The notes under the pieces: generated by a model
Told to the model about the DNA's origin: nothing
Database searches by the model: none
What the model saw: the letters and a program-made list of their open reading frames with translations, nothing else
Part shown: in pieces, positions 43,561-54,039 of the stretch
Layout of the letters: every line of letters begins with the position of its first letter
How positions within the stretch are numbered: position 1 is the stretch's first letter
NCBI GenBank assembly: GCA_964016885.1
Contig: OZ024743.1
Span: 174,964,001-175,028,000 of the forward strand
From: Eledone cirrhosa
Taxonomy: Eukaryota
Reading direction: 5' to 3'
DNA length: 64,000 nt
Program-made: the position numbers and the translations under genes

Positions 43561-44340
43561 TTCACGAGGTGACGCACGAGGTGACGGAGGTCATGAAATC
43601 GCTCCCGTAAGTTTTGAATTTTTAACATATTTAAATCATTTGTGAAATAACAACTCTTAGTACAAATGCTACGTAAAGCACCCGGCTTGAGCCCCAAAAA
43701 ATTCGGACCCAAAATATATTGTTATAAGGCTCAAATATTCAAATATTCAACTTTGTATTGTACACTGTATATCCAAAAAAAAAAATGGCTATAAATGGAA
43801 GAAGAAGAACCCCCCCCCTCCTCTCCTCTGGCTACACTATATAGGACAGCTAAACTCACCAACACCAGAAACTAGATACACCACCCACCCCATCATCTGT
43901 GTACACTAAACACAACAGCATTTTCACCTTCACCGCCACCGCTCACTACGGCCATCATTACCACCACTATCCCATCACCGCCGCCACCACCCCTTGACTC
44001 CTTCACTGCTGCTGCCACCGCTACAGCACCATCACTACAGTAATACGGTCGCATCACCGCCACCACTGCCTCGGTATCGACATCACCACCACCACTGCCT
44101 CAGTATCGCCAACGCCGCCCTCTCCCACTTCTCCCTGCTGGCTGCTACTACTCCCACATTATAGAATCCCTACTACTAACAAAGAGGAAGGCATCAAAAT
44201 ATATAGATAGACTCAAAAGAAAAAAGAAAAAACAAACAACAAAACCAAAGCAGCACAGCAACAACAGCAAAAAACGAGAAAAACAAACAGAGAAAAACAA
44301 AAACAAAAACAAAAAAAGAAACCCCCAAAACGTAAAGAAA
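43561..44340 (+). other. Tx1-like 5' UTR and low-complexity leader upstream of Dong copy 2
   Basis: Collinear short matches to 57830-57620(-); starts at (AAT)n; A-run then ATGG. Confidence 0.4.
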
Positions 44341-44645
44341 ATAAGAATGAAGAGAGAAGCAGGCGGACGGACAGAGAAGAGGGGGGAAAAAGTAAAACTT
44401 GAAAAACAAAAACTAAGTCAGACATTCGAATACTACATTACAATGAAACTTATGCTTATTCATTTTTGGGGCCCTTTCTGCCCGTGTGTTTGTTTGTTTA
44501 TGTGTGTTCGTATACAGCGTGGTGATAATGCCACACAAGGGCCAAGTGGGATGGCGGATCCACAGATGGCTATGTAAACATACATTCGCCAATCCTCGAT
44601 AAGAGTGTTTAAATATCGAACATAAACAGTTCGAATAACGGTGAA

Positions 44646-47600
44646 ATGGAAACTAGAACGTCATGTGACAGACTCACACCCAACAGGTGCCCCCTGGCTC
44701 AGCAGCAGGAACCTGACTGTCAACCAAATACTGCTGATGTTGGAGGAAGAAGAAGAAGGAAAGGGGCCAGAACCAACTGGACGAAAGAATTGAATAGAAC
44801 TGTTATGCAATGCTACCTGAAAAGTAACCCCAAGGAGAGGGGCTACAGGAGACGGATGCATAACATCTGGAACGAGATTGGTTTATTTAAATTAGATGAA
44901 CAAAAATTGGCCGGGCAGGCTCGGGTAATAAGAACTAATGGGTGGATAAGCGAGCTGGAACTGGAGGAACTGAGCAGAGAGAATGGCTTGGAGATGGCGG
45001 GTGTAGTATGCCAGACAGGCGAGCCGGTGGGAAATGAAGGTGAGGAGGTCCTGAGAACGGAGGAACCACCCGAAGCAGACAATGATCTGAATACTGAGAT
45101 AAATAATACCTGGAACAGAGATACGGCCACTGAGGAGATGAATGCTGACGGGCTAGGACAAGATTCGGTTGACATCCTAAATCTAGTGGTAGATGAATTG
45201 AACAATGATAGTGGGAGACCTATGAACCTAAGATTTGTAGACAGGAAAAAGTTAAAAGAAACAACAGCTAAGGTAAACAAAGTCATCCCATACCTTGAGG
45301 CGAGGAGTCTCCACCAGTGCAACAATATCCTCAAAGCAACAGCAAATACGGTGAGGAAACTACTTGGTATAAAAGCGAGAGGAAACAACAGACAAGAAAG
45401 AGCAGAGCCGTGGTGGAAGAAGCGACTGAGTGGGCAAATCGGGGAAATGAGAAATGACATAGGAAAGCTTGAGTCACTACTGAATGGGACACTAAAAAAC
45501 ATAGGCACTAAAAATAGACTGGAAATAAAATACAAAACTAGGAGTAAAAAGCTAAATATTATCATAGAGGAATTGAAGCAACGCATTGTAGCAAAGAGTG
45601 CCAAAATCAGGCGATACGAGAACAGAGTCAGTCAGTATAAACAGAACCGCATGTTCGACAACAACCAGAAGATGCTGTTTGGACAGCTTGAGGGGAAAGA
45701 AAGAGGCAACGACTTGATCCCTGGGGCGGAACAAGCTAAAACATTCTGGAGAGGAATATGGGAGCAGGATGTTAGACACAATGCCCAGGCAGGGTGGATT
45801 GAGACAGTACAGAGGGAGATCGGTGAGAAGGCACAACAACAGACTGATTTGAGTATCACAGTTGAAACTCTTAAGGGGCAAGCCCCAAAACTAACCAACT
45901 GGAAATCACCAGGCCCAGATGGTGTGCAGGGGTATTGGATTAAACATTTAACATCCCTCCACCCGAAGCTGACGGCCATGTTCAATGACTGCTTGGTGTC
46001 GGGTGAGGTGCCAGAGTGGTTGACAAAAGGTACCACAGTTCTGATAATGAAAGACCGAATCAAGGGTAATGATGTTACCAACTATAGACCTATCACATGT
46101 CTGCCCGTAATGTGGAAACTGTTGACGAGCATTGTGTCTGAGGAAATCTACCATCACCTCCACACAAACAACTTGTTACCGGACGAACAGAAAGGATGCC
46201 GAAAGAAGTCACGTGGTACAAAGGACCAGTTGTTTATTGATAAGATGGTAATGGGGAATTGCAGGAGGAGACACACTGATCTTGCCATGGGATGGATAGA
46301 CTACAGAAAGGCATTTGACATGGTGCCTCATTCCTGGATCACCAAAAGCCTGGAGGTCTTCAGGGTGGCAGATAACATCAGACAGTTGCTGGGCAGGAGT
46401 ATGGGGTCCTGGGAGACAGAGTTGACATCAACTGGAGTATCCTTGGGAAGCGTGAAGATCAAGAGAGGTATCTTCCAGGGAGATAGCCTGTCCCCTCTGT
46501 TGTTTGTCCTTGCCCTGATGCCCTTGACCATTATGCTGCGAAAAGTGAGAGCAGGATACAAGTTGGGAAGGGGAGAGCTTACCATCAATCACCTCCTCTT
46601 CATGGACGATCTTAAGCTCTTCGGGAAAAGTGAGAAGGAGTTGGATGTGCTTGTTGACACTGTCCGTATTTTCAGCAGTGATATATGTATGCAGTTTGGT
46701 ATTGGTAAATGTGGAGTCATTGTGATGAAGAGGGGTAGGTTGAGCAGAAGTAACGGGATCCAGATACCAACAGGTGAGATGATAAAGGAAATTGACTCTG
46801 AGGAAGGATACAAGTATTTGGGCGTTCTGGAGGGTGATGGCATAAAGAATAAAAAAATGAAGGAATTGTTAAGAACTGAATACATTCGAAGAGTAAGGAG
46901 CGTATTGAAGTCACATCTGAACAGCAGAAATGCCATAAGCGCAGTAAATTCCCGAGCTGTGTCTATTATTAGGTACAGTGCGGGAATTCTGAGATGGAAT
47001 GTTGCTGAACAAAAAGAAATGGATAGGAAGACTAGGAAGCTATTGACTATCTACAACATGTTCCACAAGAGGATTGATGTCGATAGACTCTACCTAAGGA
47101 GATCTGAGGGTGGAAGAGGTCTTATCAGCATAGAGGACTGTGTTCAGATGGAGAAAAACAACCTATACAAATACGTGACCTATAGTAAGGAGCCAATGCT
47201 CAGAACTGTACTGAAGGAGGGGACAGTAGGCCAGGGGATGTCCAAGGAGGAAATAACATCAAGGAGGAAGAGCAGCCTTAAGGGAAAATCCCTTCATAGT
47301 ACCTTCTTTGAGAAAACTGAATTTAGAGATCCACAGACATGGAACTGGTTGAGAAGAGGAGACCTCAAAAAGGCTACAGAAGGAATGCTAATGGCTGCGC
47401 AGGAGCAGGCCCTCAAAACGAAGTGGTTGAAGCACCATATCTACAAGGAGGAGGCTAGCCCACTGTGCAGGATCTGTGGAGAGAGAGAGGAGACTGTGGC
47501 TCACATTGTGTCCGAGTGTAAACACCTAGCCCAGACCCACTATAAGGGCTGGAGACACGATGTGATGGGCAGGGTGATCCACTGGCACCTGTGCAAAGTA

Positions 47601-48038
47601 AACAATCTACCACATTCTGAGAAATGGTATGAGCATAGGCCAGAGGCGGTGATGGAGAACAGTCAGGTGAAGGTGCTGTGGGATTTTAGGATACAGACGG
47701 ACAAAAAACTGGAACACAATAGACCTGACCTGGTGGTTGTGGACAAAGAAAAAAGATCGTGCCTGATTGTGGATGTGGCCTGCCCGTTCGACACGAGAGT
47801 GCAAGAGAAGGAGAGGGAGAAAATTAACCGATACCAGGACCTAAAGTGGGAGGTGAAAAGGATCTGGAACTGCCATGAAGTCAAAGTGATCCCGATTGTC
47901 ATAGGCGCACTGGGGACTATCTCCAAAGGTTTCCAGGGATGGTTAAAGAAAATCGGCCCCTTCACGCTTTTTGGAACGCTTCAAAAGGCATGCTTGCTTG
48001 GAACAGCAAGAACCCTCCGATACGTCCTGAATATCTGA
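44646..48038 (+). CDS. Intact R4/Dong-clade protein (RT + CCHC knuckle + restriction-like endonuclease), 1130 aa
   Basis: WKSPGPDG, YRPITCL, DYRKAFD, GIFQGDSLSP, LFMDD, CRICGEREETVAHIVSEC, RHD, PDLVVVD..DVACP..KINRY. Confidence 0.92.
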   Translation: METRTSCDRLTPNRCPLAQQQEPDCQPNTADVGGRRRRKGARTNWTKELNRTVMQCYLKSNPKERGYRRRMHNIWNEIGLFKLDEQKLAGQARVIRTNGWISELELEELSRENGLEMAGVVCQTGEPVGNEGEEVLRTEEPPEADNDLNTEINNTWNRDTATEEMNADGLGQDSVDILNLVVDELNNDSGRPMNLRFVDRKKLKETTAKVNKVIPYLEARSLHQCNNILKATANTVRKLLGIKARGNNRQERAEPWWKKRLSGQIGEMRNDIGKLESLLNGTLKNIGTKNRLEIKYKTRSKKLNIIIEELKQRIVAKSAKIRRYENRVSQYKQNRMFDNNQKMLFGQLEGKERGNDLIPGAEQAKTFWRGIWEQDVRHNAQAGWIETVQREIGEKAQQQTDLSITVETLKGQAPKLTNWKSPGPDGVQGYWIKHLTSLHPKLTAMFNDCLVSGEVPEWLTKGTTVLIMKDRIKGNDVTNYRPITCLPVMWKLLTSIVSEEIYHHLHTNNLLPDEQKGCRKKSRGTKDQLFIDKMVMGNCRRRHTDLAMGWIDYRKAFDMVPHSWITKSLEVFRVADNIRQLLGRSMGSWETELTSTGVSLGSVKIKRGIFQGDSLSPLLFVLALMPLTIMLRKVRAGYKLGRGELTINHLLFMDDLKLFGKSEKELDVLVDTVRIFSSDICMQFGIGKCGVIVMKRGRLSRSNGIQIPTGEMIKEIDSEEGYKYLGVLEGDGIKNKKMKELLRTEYIRRVRSVLKSHLNSRNAISAVNSRAVSIIRYSAGILRWNVAEQKEMDRKTRKLLTIYNMFHKRIDVDRLYLRRSEGGRGLISIEDCVQMEKNNLYKYVTYSKEPMLRTVLKEGTVGQGMSKEEITSRRKSSLKGKSLHSTFFEKTEFRDPQTWNWLRRGDLKKATEGMLMAAQEQALKTKWLKHHIYKEEASPLCRICGEREETVAHIVSECKHLAQTHYKGWRHDVMGRVIHWHLCKVNNLPHSEKWYEHRPEAVMENSQVKVLWDFRIQTDKKLEHNRPDLVVVDKEKRSCLIVDVACPFDTRVQEKEREKINRYQDLKWEVKRIWNCHEVKVIPIVIGALGTISKGFQGWLKKIGPFTLFGTLQKACLLGTARTLRYVLNI

Positions 48039-48180
48039 GGCTGCAGGTAGTGGCTTGATATTCAATCCAACGGACTTTCCAGTTAACCAACATCAATGAC
48101 TGAGATTCAAGGAATAACAATAACAATAATAATAATAATAATAATAAATAAATAAAAAGAAAATAAAAATTAAAAAAAAA

Positions 48181-48265
<85 letters not shown>

Positions 48266-48627
48266 CATACACATATACACACACACACACACACACTCAC
48301 ACACATATACACACACACATACATTAATAACAATAATAATAATAATAATGATTTCATTTATTAGCCACAAGGGCCGACATGTAGGGGACAATACAAAGAC
48401 AGGGACAGTGGGGGTTTACAATAAGGTCGAGTAAAAGTGCACAATGTCAAGACTAATTTAACAAAGAAAATATAAAAATATAAAATAAACTATGTATAAA
48501 TATAACAAAATAAATTCCCCGATAGGGGGTGGACGACCCTGGGGTGATTCGGGTACCCCACCAATCCTGAACCACCCTGCGCTTCTAGGGCACCCAGGAG
48601 AGCACCCCTCTCCTCAAGTTAGCTAGC

Positions 48628-51600
48628 CTATAGGCGCATGGTCAGAGTAGGCCCATTCACACGAGCCATTCTCGCCACATTCACCCACCTTTTAGCAAAT
48701 GTACTGGGGGGCAGCACTTCTCTCTCCACCCTCACCCTCCTTTCCAGGTGAAACTTGAAGAAGTTGATGAGGGATTGGCCGAAGAGAAAAGTGTCTGTCT
48801 TTAGTCCTTTCAACCTGGTACACCATATAATCTCTTTCGCAACTGCCACCAGACAGAGGAAAATGTCCTGCTCTTCTTGACCTAAGGAAGGTGGCGGCTC
48901 GATCTTCACTATGGACTCGGCCGATAACTGGATTCGTTCCACACGCGACAGTAGCTGTTCGACATAACTCCACAAGTCAGTAATGCACGGACATTGGACA
49001 AGTGCGTGCAGAACGGTTTCGTTGTTCTGTGCGCATCTTGGGCAGGTCCGTCTGACAGCACTTCCGTGCCTGTAGAGTTTATCCCGAACCGGCAGTGCCC
49101 CCCGGTAGCACTGCCAAGCGAGGGATTTCAGGAAATTGTCCATCGTCCCCGGCTCAAAAGTCCTCCGGTACAGACTGGTCAGTTCGACTTCGTCGAGGCC
49201 CAAAGCTTCTCCGAGTGCGTCATCGCACTTGCCCACCACTAATCCTCTATAGAACTCGAGAGTGGAAGTTCCACTGATCGCATTGCCCGCTTGGTAGAGG
49301 GCAGTGAGTGCCTGGCAACATTCCAGGTGCCAGTCACCCAGTCTCGGTCTCTTCTTGACCCAGGACTGCAGCTCAGTCAAAGAAATGAGCTGCGGAAAGG
49401 CCCGTCTGATAAACGGCGACCACACCTGTTCACCATTGAGGCAGAATATCTGGAGATGTCGCAGCCTCAACGCATGTCTGCGCATCATTAGCCACGGCAC
49501 GCCCAGCCCTCCGCGTAGAGGGTGCTGGCAGCAGATGGACCGCCTCACCAACGGAACTTGTCCCCTCCACAAGAATTTGAAGAGGAGCCGTTCCAACTTG
49601 ACGAGGCGCGGACGGGGGCAAGGCACGACGGTTAGGCAGTAATAGATGACGGACGCGATGTACGCATTCGCCACCTCCGCGCGACCTTTCAGTGATAGCT
49701 TCCTCCCAGCCCATTTTTGGGTGAGACTGGCTACTCTGCTCGTTACCTCGTCCCAATTCTTTTCCACCTGGAGGTCTGGCCCGAACCAAACCCCGAGCAA
49801 CTTTACTGGTCCGTCCGTCCAGCGCCCCACGACGCTGTTGGACGGCATGGGCTTGCCTCTCCAGGTTCCGAGCTGCAAGCCCACCGACTTTTCCGGGTTA
49901 AGTTTGGCTCCTGTCAACCTTTCATATTCCTTCAATAAGGTGTCGACCACCTCGATTTCTGAGGTGTTCGACACCATCACGGTGATGTCGTCCGCATAAG
50001 CCGACACCGCCTTTCCACGTCCCGGTTCGAGCGGGATGCCCTGCAACAGCTCCAGCTTCCGCAGTAAAGGCTCGAGAGTCAATACGTACAGAAGGGAAGA
50101 GAGAGGGCACCCTTGATGGACCGATCGGGAGAGCCGAAATGGTTCCGAGAGGTGGCCATTAACCTTGACCACCGAGCGTGTGCCGCTGTGCATTGCAACG
50201 ATCCAGCTTCTAAAGACAGGGCCGAAGCCAGCTGCTTTGAGGACAAACTCCAGATACCGATGGTTGACCCTATCGAATGCTTTCGATTGATCTAAATTGA
50301 TCAGTGCCCCACCGAAGCCAGGTTTACACCCTACCCTCTCTATGATGTATCGCATGAGGTGGAGATTGTCGTGTATGGACCTGGCTGGGATTGCGCAAGT
50401 TTGCGCCTCCCCAACCAAATCCTCGACGACAAGCGCCAATCTCTTTGCTAACACCTTGGCCAAAATCTTAAACTCTGTGTTGAGCAGAGTTATAGGCCTG
50501 AAGTTGTCTAATGTATCCCTCTTGTTCTCGTCTTTCCTTATCAGCGTCACCACTCCCCTGCTCACAGAACTGGGAATACTCCCATTCTGCTGCCAGTTAC
50601 AGTAGAGTGCTTCGAGGAGTTCGGAGAACAAGTCTGGCATATTTACGTAAAGCTCGTAGGGCAGGCCATCCAAGCCGGGTGACTTGCGCCTCATGCAGCC
50701 GACAAGGGCGTCCTGAATTTCGGCTGAAGTAATCGGCCTTTCGCAGCGCTCAGCGTCGACCGTCGAGATGCGCGGCAAGCCGTCAAGGTAGGGACTGAAA
50801 TCCGCTACTCTCTCTGACTCGCCACTCTCCCCGAACAACCGAGCAAAGTGCTGGCGAAAGGCCTCACACATCCGCTTGGAATCGCTTATCTCGTGTCCGT
50901 CTCGGTCCGCCAAAGACCGAATTGTGGTTTTATTACCACGCTGCGCCTCCGCCACGCGGGCCCATCGAACAGCTTTAGTTCCCTCGTTTCTCAGCGCACG
51001 CGCCTTAGCTCTGACAATGCAACCTTCGTGTTTGGCATTGAAGAAATGGTCTAATGCCATTCTCGCCGCTAGCACGTCAGTTGCGATGCCACTACAAATA
51101 GCCTCGTCTAACTTATCTACCAGCTCCCCCTCCTTTCTATTTTTCTCTAACGCTAGTTCTTTGCTGAACTCTATCGAAGTTACTCTAATCTCTCTTTTGA
51201 GAGCCCCCCACCATCTGTTGTTGATGATCCCCCCTGTCAACTTTTTCTTAACTAACTTATTGACTCGGTCCCTGTAAGCCTTACGTGCCGGAAATGATAT
51301 GTTCAGCTTCCAGTAACCCGGGCCTAACCTACGCGTTTTATTTAGGTCGACCGTACAGATCACAAATTTGTGATCTGAATAGGCAACCGTTTTAAAAAGT
51401 GGACAGCCCACACTATTTCTATCTATTTTCCTAATGAAGATTCTGTCTATATACGATCTAGATGACCCCATTCGGTTGGCCCATGTCCATACTGGCACAT
51501 TGGGGAAATCTAGTCGATACCTGTCAGACAGTTGGAACTGGCTGAGTAGGTGCTTGAGGCTTTTGCACCCCCCGCTCCTATCGGCTACTCCCACACAATC

Positions 51601-52050
51601 CCAGCGTGCGTCTAAGATGCCATTCCAGTCCCCCGCTAACAGTAAAGGGCGAGACGTACCCAGAAAGGTCTCCAGGCGCCTAAAGAAGTCAGGTCGTCCG
51701 GCCCCTGTAGGGGCGTAGGCGGCCAGCAGTCTAAAGGCACCACCTTCGCCACTGCTCACATCCAAGACCACCAACTTACCGTCCGGGTCCCGGAAGATCG
51801 ACCTTACCTCGAGATCCAGTCCTTTCCTAAACAGCACTGCCATCCCACCCCCCATTCCCGGCCTGCTAACAGATGCGAAGATCTGATAGTCGTCGAAAAT
51901 GGGGGCTAGTGCACGCGTGTCGGAAATTCTGGTCTCGCTTACGGCAATCACATCCATTTCCAGCGACCGGAGGTCGTTGAGCAGGCGACCCTGCTTCCAG
52001 GGTGACCCCAGGCCGCGAACATTTAAACTTCCTACTCTTAATATGGCCAT
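48628..52050 (-). CDS. Tx1/L1 ORF2 (APE endonuclease + RT + CCHC), uninterrupted 1140 aa
   Basis: SLNVRGL, AVSET, AGDWN, IDRIF, YSDH; KSPGLDG, FRPITLLN, DQSKAFD, QGCPLS, YADD; CPRC..HALVQC. Confidence 0.93.
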   Translation of the reverse strand: MAILRVGSLNVRGLGSPWKQGRLLNDLRSLEMDVIAVSETRISDTRALAPIFDDYQIFASVSRPGMGGGMAVLFRKGLDLEVRSIFRDPDGKLVVLDVSSGEGGAFRLLAAYAPTGAGRPDFFRRLETFLGTSRPLLLAGDWNGILDARWDCVGVADRSGGCKSLKHLLSQFQLSDRYRLDFPNVPVWTWANRMGSSRSYIDRIFIRKIDRNSVGCPLFKTVAYSDHKFVICTVDLNKTRRLGPGYWKLNISFPARKAYRDRVNKLVKKKLTGGIINNRWWGALKREIRVTSIEFSKELALEKNRKEGELVDKLDEAICSGIATDVLAARMALDHFFNAKHEGCIVRAKARALRNEGTKAVRWARVAEAQRGNKTTIRSLADRDGHEISDSKRMCEAFRQHFARLFGESGESERVADFSPYLDGLPRISTVDAERCERPITSAEIQDALVGCMRRKSPGLDGLPYELYVNMPDLFSELLEALYCNWQQNGSIPSSVSRGVVTLIRKDENKRDTLDNFRPITLLNTEFKILAKVLAKRLALVVEDLVGEAQTCAIPARSIHDNLHLMRYIIERVGCKPGFGGALINLDQSKAFDRVNHRYLEFVLKAAGFGPVFRSWIVAMHSGTRSVVKVNGHLSEPFRLSRSVHQGCPLSSLLYVLTLEPLLRKLELLQGIPLEPGRGKAVSAYADDITVMVSNTSEIEVVDTLLKEYERLTGAKLNPEKSVGLQLGTWRGKPMPSNSVVGRWTDGPVKLLGVWFGPDLQVEKNWDEVTSRVASLTQKWAGRKLSLKGRAEVANAYIASVIYYCLTVVPCPRPRLVKLERLLFKFLWRGQVPLVRRSICCQHPLRGGLGVPWLMMRRHALRLRHLQIFCLNGEQVWSPFIRRAFPQLISLTELQSWVKKRPRLGDWHLECCQALTALYQAGNAISGTSTLEFYRGLVVGKCDDALGEALGLDEVELTSLYRRTFEPGTMDNFLKSLAWQCYRGALPVRDKLYRHGSAVRRTCPRCAQNNETVLHALVQCPCITDLWSYVEQLLSRVERIQLSAESIVKIEPPPSLGQEEQDIFLCLVAVAKEIIWCTRLKGLKTDTFLFGQSLINFFKFHLERRVRVEREVLPPSTFAKRWVNVARMARVNGPTLTMRL

Positions 52051-54024
52051 ATTGGTAAGCTAAGAGAGAGGGAAGGTTTACTTACCTCCCGGGTCTTGTG
52101 AAGGTCGGGTGGTTCGACCTCCATGGTTGGTGGGGTTTCTTTTGGGAACCCCTTTAAAAGTCTTGATGTGGGTTTCACATTCGGGTTTCCCACGTCTTGA
52201 GGAAAGCTCTCTCGAATTTCTTTGAAGGAATTGAGTGACATTCGGACCAGAAGCAAATCTTCTGGCACGCAAAATGTGCTCATTTCAAAAATCTCCCCCT
52301 CTGTTTGAATGTCCTCGCTTCGCGCTAAGAGGGCCATCAGTTTATCGTTGGCCCTTCTGACAAGCACGAAGTTTTTAACATTTTGTAGGCGTGGTTTTAT
52401 TTGTTTTCGTTTTGGTGAAGGTGGTGGCGATGGTTTTGGTGGTGTTGTTTCGGGTATGTCTATGTTTGTTGTAGGTGTGGTGTCTGCAATTTCAGGTATT
52501 TGTGTGTTTATTTGTACTTGTGTTTGTTTAGGTTGTTTGCGTTTCGGGGATTGTGGAGGTGGTGTCGATGTTGCTGATGGTGCTGATGTTATTGGGGAAG
52601 TGTCTGCGTTAGTGGTGTCTGTATTTTTTGTTGTGTGTGTTTTTGTGCTTTGTAGGGGCTTTTTTTTTTTTGTGAGTTTTCTGTTTTTTTGCACTTTTGG
52701 GTTTTCCTTCATCTTCGCTGCTGGAAGACAAAGGGTCTGTGAGTGTCTCTGTGTCTGTGTGTGCGTTTATTTATTTTTTGTCTATGTATATAGTTGGGGA
52801 GGTAGGGGGAGTGGGAGAGCTTTCCTCGTTTTCTCCTTGGATTGGTTTTGGTGTTGGTGGTGATCCGGCTGCTTTTGATGTTGGTGTCCGTGTTTTTGTT
52901 GATGTTGTTTTTGGTGGTGGTGGTGGTGCAGCTTTCCGTGCTGACACTGGCGTTGGCAACAGAGGAGGTTTGCGACCCCCTGCATTTTTGCGCTGAGGGA
53001 AGAAGGCTTGAAGATGCGTGGCTTCCCCGCAAACGAAGCAGCGTGGCCTTCTTCCGTCAATCATTAGTTGGATTGTTGTCCCGTCCTGCAGGCGGGCAAA
53101 ATCTGGGATGTTATTTATATCCTCCGGTTTCATTTGGAGAAGAATCTCCAAATCCATTCCGGACCAGTCTTCTCTCTCTGTCCTTTTGATGTCCAGGAGG
53201 GTGGTGTCTGTCTCCTCCTCGATTACGCATCCCAGCAGCCACCATATGTTCATTCCTGGTGGGATGCTGGGAATGCGTACCTTCACTGTCCTTTTACCCA
53301 TATAGGACGGATGCATGATAATGCGTTCCGTTCTGCAGAGGATCACCGAGTGCTTAATAGCGAGGGCCTCGGATTTGAACAGTACCGAGATGGTACCGAA
53401 CTGTTTGCCTCTTGCTTTGTACTCTATGTTACTTCCGATGTACTCCAAAGCAACCTCTACCTCTGCTTGGCTCGCAAGTTCCACTTTTCGTGTCTGCACC
53501 GAAATACATCGAAAGAGCACCGTCCTCCTTTGCATGGCCGCTATTGCCTCGTCCGGGATGGTCAGGTTTACCCAGGACTTCTCCCGTTTAATTAGCCTCC
53601 ACGCTTTGGCCAACTGTTCGTCTTTATCGCTAATATCAATATCGATATTCAATAAGCGCTTTGTTTTTGCTGCTGCTGCTGCAGCAAATGTGGTGTTTCT
53701 GATGCTCTTATTGTTGTTGTTGTCATTCTTGCTGTTACCACCGCCATCCTTGTTTACATTGAAGCTGTCGGTGTTTTTGTCGTTATTGCTCTGAGTTGTT
53801 GTTGTGGTGGTGGTGGTGGTGGCGGTGGTGGTGATGTCGTTTTCAGATGATACTGCTGCTATGCCAGAAGGTTGTGATGGTAGCTTTTTAGTTTTGCCTT
53901 CACATTCAGTAGAGTGGATGACAGGCATGACTGTAGCCGTCGTAGTCGTGGTGAAATCTGCAGTGGCTGCCTTTAAACTTTTGACCTGAGCGTTGTTTAC
54001 CGTTTCAAGGTCGAAAATTTCCAT
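52038..54024 (-). pseudogene. Tx1/L1 ORF1 (gag-like), split into 417 aa and 224 aa pieces
   Basis: Knuckle CFVCGEATHLQAFF (last Cys lost); T/P-rich regions; stop at 52771; overlaps the ORF2 start. Confidence 0.7.
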
Positions 54025-54039
54025 AATTTTCTTTTATAA

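Noticed and set aside
44843-46936. Antisense ORFs over the Dong ORF (likewise over Tx1 and RTE)
   Set aside because: Shadow frames of retroelement coding sequence with no independent motifs
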